DNA from: Phyllobates terribilis
Taxonomy: Eukaryota
Reading direction: 5' to 3'
DNA: 64,000 bases
NCBI RefSeq assembly: GCF_046119375.1
Contig: NW_027362769.1
Location: forward strand, 392,770,001 to 392,834,000
In this document: piece by piece, positions 54,901 through 64,000 of the stretch
How the letters are laid out: the number at the start of each line of letters is the position of its first letter
How positions within the stretch are numbered: the first letter of the stretch is position 1
The notes under the pieces: model-generated
Databases searched by the model: none
What the model saw: the letters and a program-made list of their open reading frames with translations, nothing else
Told to the model about the DNA's origin: nothing
Position numbers and translations under genes: made by a program

Positions 54901-55628
54901 TCCAGAGCTGCACTCACTATTCTGGTGGTGCAGTCACTGTGTACACACATTACATTACTGATCCTGAGTTACATCCTGTATTATACCCCAGAGCTGCACT
55001 CACTATTCTGCTGGTGCAGTCACTGTGTACATACATTACATTACTGATCCTGAGTTACCTCCTGTATTATACTCCAGAGCTGCACTCACTATTCTGCTGG
55101 TGCAGTCACTGTGTACATACATTACATTACTGATCCTGAGTTACATCCTGTATTACTCTCCAGAGCTGCACTCACTATTCTGCTGGTGCAGTCACTGTGT
55201 ACATACATTACATTACTGATCCTGGGTTACATCCTGTATTATACTCCAGAGCTGCACTCACTATTCTGCTGGTGCAGTCACTGTGTACATACATTACATT
55301 ACTGATCCTGAGCTCCATCCTGTATTATACTACAGAGCTGCACTCACTATTCTTCTGGTGCAGTCACTGTGTACATACATTACATTACTGATCCTGAGTT
55401 ACATCCTGTATTATACTCCAGAGCTGCACTCACTATTCTGCTGGTGCAGTCACTGTGTACATACATTACATAAGGCCCCAGGTCTCCTCCACCGTTTCTG
55501 GTTTGTGACTCTCTGCTGCCCTCTACAGGCTTGTTAATAGCTGCCTCGCAGAAGAGCTGAAGATCATTCACGCTTTTGAACAGAAGACTCTGACTCCAGC
55601 TCAGTGGGAACAAGAGAAGCAAAAGTGA
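45994..55628 (+). CDS. BOLA2: BolA-like protein 2 (Fe-S cluster chaperone partner of GLRX3), 90 aa, 3 exons
   Basis: Exons 45994-46068, 46449-46546, 55529-55628 give MAGDDGISAETLKEKLTRELQAEHVEVEDTSPNHCSTSFRALVVSPQFEGKALLQRHRLVNSCLAEELKIIHAFEQKTLTPAQWEQEKQK*. AATAAA at ~55722. Confidence 0.96.
46556..55470. repeat. 86-bp satellite (~104 copies) filling BOLA2 intron 2
   Basis: Near-identical 64-aa ORFs recur every 86 nt. Unit ...TACATCCTGTATTATACTCCAGAGCTGCACTCACTATTCTGCTGGTGCAGTCACTGTGTACATACATTACATTACTGATCCTGAGT. Confidence 0.98.
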
Positions 55629-55776
55629 AGAGATCACAGACGTTACATGGACTGGAGCGTCTCTGGACATTCTGCAGCCTGGGATGAGTGAGCGGCACTT
55701 AGAGAGTTAATCCGATGTAAAAATAAAATGTGTTCTAGTAATTGTTACATCTACCTGGCCTATTAGTACCAAGATA

Positions 55777-56512
55777 ATACAGCGCCGCACATACAGAGAT
55801 GGACAAGATTATATCTGCAGTCACCACCAGGGGGAGCTTTGATGTTAGTATGGTCCCCCTAGTGGTGGCTGCAGACAGAGTCTGATCATGTATCTCTGTA
55901 TACAGGGAGCTCCCCCTAGTGGTGGCTGCACACAGGATCTTATCATGTATCTCTGTATACAGGGAGCTCCCCCTAGTGGTGGCTGCACACATGATCTTAT
56001 GTATCTCTGTATACAGGGAGCTCCACCTAGTGGTGGCTACAGACAGAATCTCATCATGTATCTCTGTATACAGGGAGCTCCCCCTAGTGGTAGCTGCAGA
56101 CAGAATCTTATCATGTATCTTTGTATACAGGGAGCTCCCCCTAGTAGTGACTGCAGACTGGATCTTATCATGTATCTCTGTATACAGGGAGCTCCCCCTA
56201 GTGGTGGCTGCACACATGATCTTATGTATCTCTGTATACAGGGAGCTCCACCTAGTGGTGGCTACAGACAGAATCTCATCATGTATCTCTGTATACAGGG
56301 AGCTCCCCCTAGTGGTAGCTGCAGACAGAATCTTATCATGTATCTTTGTATACAGGGAGCTCCCCCTAGTAGTGACTGCAGACAGGATCTTATCATGTAT
56401 CTCTGTATACAGGGAGCTCCCCCTAGTGGTGGCTGCACACATGATCTTATGTATCTCTGTATAGAGGGAGCTCCACCTAGTGGTGGCTGCAGACAGAATC
56501 TTGTTATGTATC
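55777..56512. repeat. 57-bp minisatellite, left part (~11-12 units), preceded by one inverted unit
   Basis: Unit ATGTATCTCTGTATACAGGGAGCTCCCCCTAGTGGTGGCTGCAGACAGGATCTTATC. The inverted partial unit at ~55790-55837 contains CACCACCAGGGGGAGC. Confidence 0.95.
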
Positions 56513-59333
56513 GGTAACGCAAGGTGTGGGAAAGACTTAGTGCAACACAAAGGGAAGAGGGAAAGGGAGCCCAGGCTCTATGGAAAGGGTGAAGTGGAAA
56601 CCTCCTAGGTTGATCTAGCGTCACCCTGTCTCCCCTAACGTCCCTGTATTGGCTCTTCACCAATCGTCGCACGCGTGCCTCGCCTTATCTTTCCCTGGCA
56701 TATGGCTAAGGCTAGGGAAGGGAGGAGATGAGTACTTGTCAATCTCCACTAAACACAATAGACAACAAGGGTAGACAAACGGGCGGGGAGGGGGACTCCA
56801 GATAAATGCGCACACGGCCTCAAGCTGCAGAGAGGACGAAGTACTGCTCTTTTTAATGCCTTCACAAGTAGTATTGAATATCGCCGGCACCTCCCTCTGA
56901 AACACAGCAGGTATTTATACACCCAGGCCAGGGTGTTAATTAGCCAGAGCAAGGTAATCGCTGGGTCCTAGAGAGACAGCCTCTAAGAAGATGTTTGTAA
57001 TGCCAAACATAGAGATCTCCTGCAACCAACTCTAGTTTGGCATATAGTTTGTTGTCCCTTAATATCTGGAGCACCTGCTTAACATGCCCCTGATGGGTCT
57101 CAAAATCAGGTGAGTAAACCAAAATATTGTCCAGATAGACCACCACAAACCTGCCCACCAAATGATGGAAAATATCATTCATGAAATGCTGGAATACCGC
57201 AGGTGCATTGGTCAAACCGAAAGGCATAACCAGACTCTCGATGTGCCCCTCAGGGGTATTGAACGCTGTTTTCCATTCATCCCCCTCTCTGATTCTAACC
57301 AGGTTGTAGGCTCCTCTAAATCCAACTTGGAGAACACCTTAGCTCCTACAACCTGGCTGAACAAATCAGGAATCAGAGGAAGAGGGTATGGATCACGGAT
57401 AGTAATATGATTCAATTCCTGGAAATCTAAACAAGGACGTAGACCGCCAGCTTTCTTCTTCATGAAGAAGAACCCTGCCGCCATGGGTGAAGATGAGGGT
57501 CTGATATGTCCCTTCTCCAGACTCTCCGCAATGAAATCCTTCATGGCTTGTCACTCAGGGCCAGAAAGATTATACAGTCTTGACTTGGGTAGTTTAGCTC
57601 CGGGGGTCAGGTTAATAGGACAGTCATAAGCTCAATGAGGAGGCAAATCCTGACACCCCTCTCAGAAAAAAACATCCTCAAAACCAGACAGAAAAGCAGG
57701 CAGTATCCCCGTAGAGACAGCAGCAATGGAAACATTCAGACAGTCCTCATGGCAGTAATCTCCCCATTCAGTAATCTCCCCGGTTTGCCAATCCACCAAT
57801 GGATTATGTTTAACAATCCAAGGAATACCTAAAAGAATCGGAGTAGGGAGATTCTCCAAAACATAGCAAGGGATGATTTCACAATGAACTGACCCCACCC
57901 TCAGTTTTACATTATGTACAATCTGAGTAAATGCTTTCTGTGCAAGTGGCGCCAAGTCAATGGCAAAGATGGGAATAGGTTCAGCTAAAGCACAGCAAGT
58001 AAGACCATGAGTTTTCACAAACTCAGCATCAACCATACTGACTCCGACTCCACTGTCAACAAACACAGACGTTTTTTCGATTTTGCTCTCTAGCACCACC
58101 TCTGCAGTCAGGACTAAGCAGGAACTGCAGTTTCATCACAAATGCACCCCTTGTTTATCCAACTCCAGACTACCGAGAGTTAATCGAGTCTCCTTTTGTT
58201 TAGGAATTGAAGGACAGGTCCCAACAAAATGTCTCTTTTTCCACAAAAAAAAACATACACCTTTTTTCTTGTGAATCTCCGGGAGATGTATGATGTAGAG
58301 ACCCCCCCTAACTGCATAGGTTCCTCCACCTCCCCCAGTACTGGTTCACCCCCAGACCGCTCCCTTGGTTTAAGGTACACAACCCCGACAAGAAGGCCCC
58401 GGAGAAGGAGGTCACACCTGTCTATCCAGACGTATGGCCAATGACATGGCAGCCTCCAAGGACTGAGGGGCTTCATATACAGCCAAGGCATCTTTCAACC
58501 TTTCCGTTAGCCCCTCACAGAATTGGCTTCTGAGGGCTGAGTCCTTCCATTTGGAATCCGTTGCCCATCTGCAGAATTCCGACCTGGACGTCTCCACTGA
58601 CCGAATCCCCTTCTGAAGGCGACGTAGCCTGGACTCAGCCAAGAAGACTCGGTCAGGGTCATCATAGATGAGGGCCAGAGGAGGAAGGGGAAAAAAAAAA
58701 GGGCCACGCCCAAAAACACAGGAAAAAAAGCAAAAGTGTCAGTTTAACTTTTTTTTTTTCTCCTTTTCAAAATGTGCTCGGCCGGGGATAATGTCACGCA
58801 GGGTGTGGGAAAGACTGTGCAACACAAAGGGAAGAGGGAAAGGGGGGAGTGGAGACCTCCTAGTCTGGTCTAGCGTCACCCTGACTCCCCTAATGACCCT
58901 GTATTAGCTCTTCACCAATCACCGCACGCGTGCCTCGCCCTGACTTTCCCTGGCGTATGGCTATGGCTAGGGAAGGGAGGAGATGAGAACTAGTCGATCT
59001 CCACTAAACACAATAGACAACAAGGGTAGACAAACAGGGAAATTGCCTAGCTTTAGACGACTCCCGACAAATGCGCACACAGCCTCAAACCAAGCTCCAG
59101 AGAGGACGAAGTACTGCTCTTACTAAAGCATCACAAGTAGTAATGAATATCGCCGGCACCTCCCTCTGAAACACAGCAGGTATTTATACACCCAGGCCAG
59201 GGACCTAATTAGCCAGAGGAAGGTAGCCGCTGCGTCCTAGAGACAGCCTCAAAGAAGATGTCTGTAATGCCAAACGTAGAGATCTCCTGCAACCAACTGC
59301 AAGGCGACTGTCACCTCTGACACACCCGTGACA
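56513..59333 (-). mobile_element. Internally deleted Ty3/Gypsy LTR retrotransposon
   Basis: LTR-like direct repeats 56513-~57033 and 58792-59333 (TGTCACG...CGTGACA). 5-bp TSD GTATC at 56508-56512 and 59334-59338. Gag (LRSQFCEGL..RLKDAL...EEPMQLG), protease (FVDSG) and RT ([33 protein letters not shown]) fragments are present; RNase H, integrase and PPT are missing. Confidence 0.93.
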
Positions 59334-61865
59334 GTATCTCTGTATACTGGGAGCTCCCCCTAGTGGTGGCTGCAGACATGATCTTATCATGTATTTCTGT
59401 ATACAGGGAGCTCCCCCTAGTGATGACTGCAGACAGAATCTTATCATGTATCTCTGTATACAGGGAGCTCCCCCTAGTGGTGGCTGCAGACTGCATCTTA
59501 TCATTTATCTCTGTATACAGGGAGCTCCCCCTAGTGGTGGCTGCAGACTGCATCTTATCATTTATCTCTGTATACAGGGAGCTCCCCCTAGTGGTGGCTG
59601 CAGATAGAATCTTATCATGTATCTCTGTATACAGGGAGCTCCCACTAGTGGTGTCTGCAGACAGAATCTTATCATGTATCTCTGTATACAGGGAGCTCCC
59701 CCTAGTGGTGACTGCAGACAGAATCTTATCATGTATCTCTGTATACAGGGAGCTTCCCCTAGTGGTGGCTGCAGGCAGGATCTTATCATGTATCTCTGTA
59801 TACAGGGAGCTCCCCCTAGTGGTGGCTGCAGACAGAATCTTATCATGTATCTCTGTATACAGGGAGCTCCCCCTAGTGGTGACTGCAGACAGGATCTTAT
59901 CATGTATCTCTGTATACAGGGAGCTCCCCCTAGTGGTGGCTGCAGACAGGATCTTATCATGTATCTCTGTATACAGGGAGCTCCCCCTAGTGGTGGCTGC
60001 AGACAGAATCTTATCATGTATCTCTGTATACAGGGAGCTCCCCCTAGTGGTGGCTGCAGACAGAATCTTATCATGTATCTCTGTATACAGGGAGCTCCCC
60101 CTAGTGGTGGATACAGACAGGATCTTATCATGTATCTCTGTATACAGCGAGCTCCCCCTAGTGGTGACTGCAGACAGGATCTTATCATGTATCTCTGTAT
60201 ACAGGGAGCTCCCCCTAGTGGTGGCTGCAGACAGGATCTTATCATGTATCTCTGTATACAGGGAGCTCCCCCTAGTGGTGGCTGCAGGCAGGATCTTATC
60301 ATGTATCTCTGTATACAGGGAGCTCCCCCTAGTGGTGGCTGCAGGCAGGATCTTATCATGTATCTCTGTATACCGGGACCTCCCCCTAGTGGTGGCTGCA
60401 GACAGAATCTTATCATGTATCTCTGTATACAGGGAGCTCCCCCTAGTGGTGGCTGCAGACAGAATCTTATCATGTATCTCTGTATACAGGGAGCTCCCCC
60501 TAGTGGTGGCTGCAGACAGAATCTTATCATATATCTCTGTATACAGGGAGCTCCCCCTAGTGGTGACTGCAGACAGTATCTTATCATGTATCTCTGTATA
60601 CAGGGAGCTCCCCCTAGTGGTGGCTGCAGGCAGGATCTTATCATGTATCTCTGTATACAGGGAGCTCCCCCTAGTGGTGGCTGCAGGCAGGATCTTATCA
60701 TGTATCTCTGTATACAGGGAGCTCCCCCTAGTGGTGGCTACAGACAGAATCTTATCATGTATCTCTGTATACAGGGAGCTCCCCCTAGTGGTGGCTGCAG
60801 ACAGAATCTTATCATGTATCTCTGTATACAGCGAGCTCCCCCTAGTGGTGACTGCAGACAGGATCTTATCATGTATCTCTGTATACAGGGAGCTCCCCCT
60901 AGTGGTGGCTGCAGACAGGATCTTATCATGTATCTCTGTATACAGGGAGCTCCCCCTAGTGGTGGCTGCAGGCAGGATCTTATCATGTATCTCTGTATAC
61001 AGGGAGCTCCCCCTAGTGGTGGCTGCAGGCAGGATCTTATCATGTATCTCTGTATACAGGGAGCTCCCCCTAGTGGTGGCTGCAGACAGAATCTTATCAT
61101 GTATCTCTGTATACAGGGAGCTCCCCCTAGTGGTGGCTGCAGACAGGATCTTATCATGTATCTCTGTATACAGGGAGCTCCCCCTAGTGGTGGCTGCAGA
61201 CAGGATCTTATCATGTATCATTGTATACAGGGAGCTCCCCCTAGTGGTGGCTGCAGACAGAATCTTATCATATATCTCTGTATACAGGGAGCTCCCCCTA
61301 GTGGTGACTGCAGACAGTATCTTATCATGTATCTCTGTATACAGGGAGCTCCCCCTAGTGGTGGCTGCAGACAGAATCTTATCATGTATCTCTGTACAGG
61401 GAGCTCCCCCTAGTGGTGGCTGCAGACAGGATCTTATCATGTATCTCTGTATACAGGGAGCTCCCCCTAGTGGTGGCTGCAGACAGGATCTTATCATGTT
61501 TCTCTGTATACAGGGAGCTCCCCCTAGTGGTGGCTGCAGACAGGATCTTATCATATATCTCTGTATACAGGGAGCTCCCCCTAGTGGTGACTGCAGACAG
61601 TATCTTATCATGTCTCTCTGTATACAGGGAGCTCTCTCTAGTGGTGGCTGCAGACAGTATCTTATCATGTATCTCTGTATACATGGAGCTGCCCGTAGTG
61701 GTGGCTGCAGACAGGATCTTATCATGTATCTCTGTATACAGGGAGCTCCCCCTAGTGGTGGCTACAGACAGGATCTTATCATGTATCTCTGTATACAGGG
61801 AGCTCCCCCTAGTGGTGGCTGCAGACAGGATCTTATCATGTTTCTCTGTATACAGGGAGCTCCAG
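59334..61865. repeat. 57-bp minisatellite, right part (~44 units)
   Basis: Same unit and orientation as 55860-56512; 19-aa period ORFs (SCISVYRELPLVVAADRIL). Confidence 0.97.
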
Positions 61866-62395
61866 CAAGTAAAAGTTGACTGACAGGAGCCAGTTTGAGG
61901 CTGTAGAGAATTAACTCTTTATTTTCCTGGTTTGTATTTTATTATTGAACAGCATTTCATATTAAAATAAAATAAAAATATCTCGCCATCCGCTTCTGTC
62001 AGGTTGTCACTTTGCTGCGGTGTCGTCTCTCTCTCCCATGTTGGTGGATGATCGGGCAGATTTTCCATTCAGGACTGCAGGAAAGCTGGATGCCGTCACC
62101 CGGGAGCAGACATGGAAGAACCTGACAAAAGATGACGGCTCAGGGGGTCCTTCTTTGGGTGGGGGATTATCAAGTATGGTAATATTTACACCTTGCTGTG
62201 CCCCCCCCCAGGCTGGCACAGAGGACTGAGATGAGCCGATGATCGGGGGCAGGCGGTATGATGGGGGTCTTATCAGCTTTGCCGTCTGCGCTGTTAGTCT
62301 GTCCGCTGTCCTGCCGTCTGAGGGTCGGGTTGAAGGCCCTGTGATCTGCCCCCCAGGAGGAGGGGGCCGCGCAGGGTTACAGGGGTACCTCTCGG

Positions 62396-63933
<1,538 letters not shown>

Positions 63934-64000
63934 CTGGGGAGACAGAACACAGCACATTGTCCCCACGGCCAACACTGCAGCCTGTGCTGTATGATGTGGG

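Noticed and set aside
46516-55537. About 100 near-identical 64-aa ORFs as a tandem gene family or CRISPR-like array
   Set aside because: They arise from the 86-bp period of an intronic satellite. There are no unique spacers and no cas genes, and the DNA is eukaryotic.
59311-61883. 379-838-aa ORFs with a 19-aa period
   Set aside because: The 57-bp unit is a multiple of 3 and stop-free in several frames; there is no promoter, splice or homology evidence.

Overview
Vertebrate genomic DNA, most likely a frog (inferred from the NUPR1 sequence and the repeat landscape; not provable here). About 40 of the 64 kb are tandem repeats from at least 14 unrelated minisatellite/satellite families, and these explain almost all long ORFs in the six-frame track. 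I reconstructed spliced genes by hand from GT-AG boundaries with consistent phases: (1) an uncharacterised 12-exon, 450-aa EHD/dynamin-like P-loop NTPase with two C-terminal transmembrane segments and no EH domain (+, 17933-26529); (2) NUPR1 (-); (3) SGF29 (+); (4) SLX1 (-); (5) BOLA2 (+); (6) the 3' part of a coronin, CORO1A (-). This is the mammalian Nupr1-Sgf29-Slx1b-Bola2-Coro1a block without the SULT1A gene. Mobile elements: 5'-truncated L2 and CR1 LINEs, a decayed Tc1/mariner, an internally deleted Gypsy LTR element with a 5-bp TSD, and small MITE-like hairpins. Best leads: the membrane-anchored EHD-like NTPase (atlastin/mitofusin-like topology), a 57-bp array carrying a CTCF-like motif in every unit, and an unidentified coding-looking segment that runs into a stop-free 15-kb satellite.
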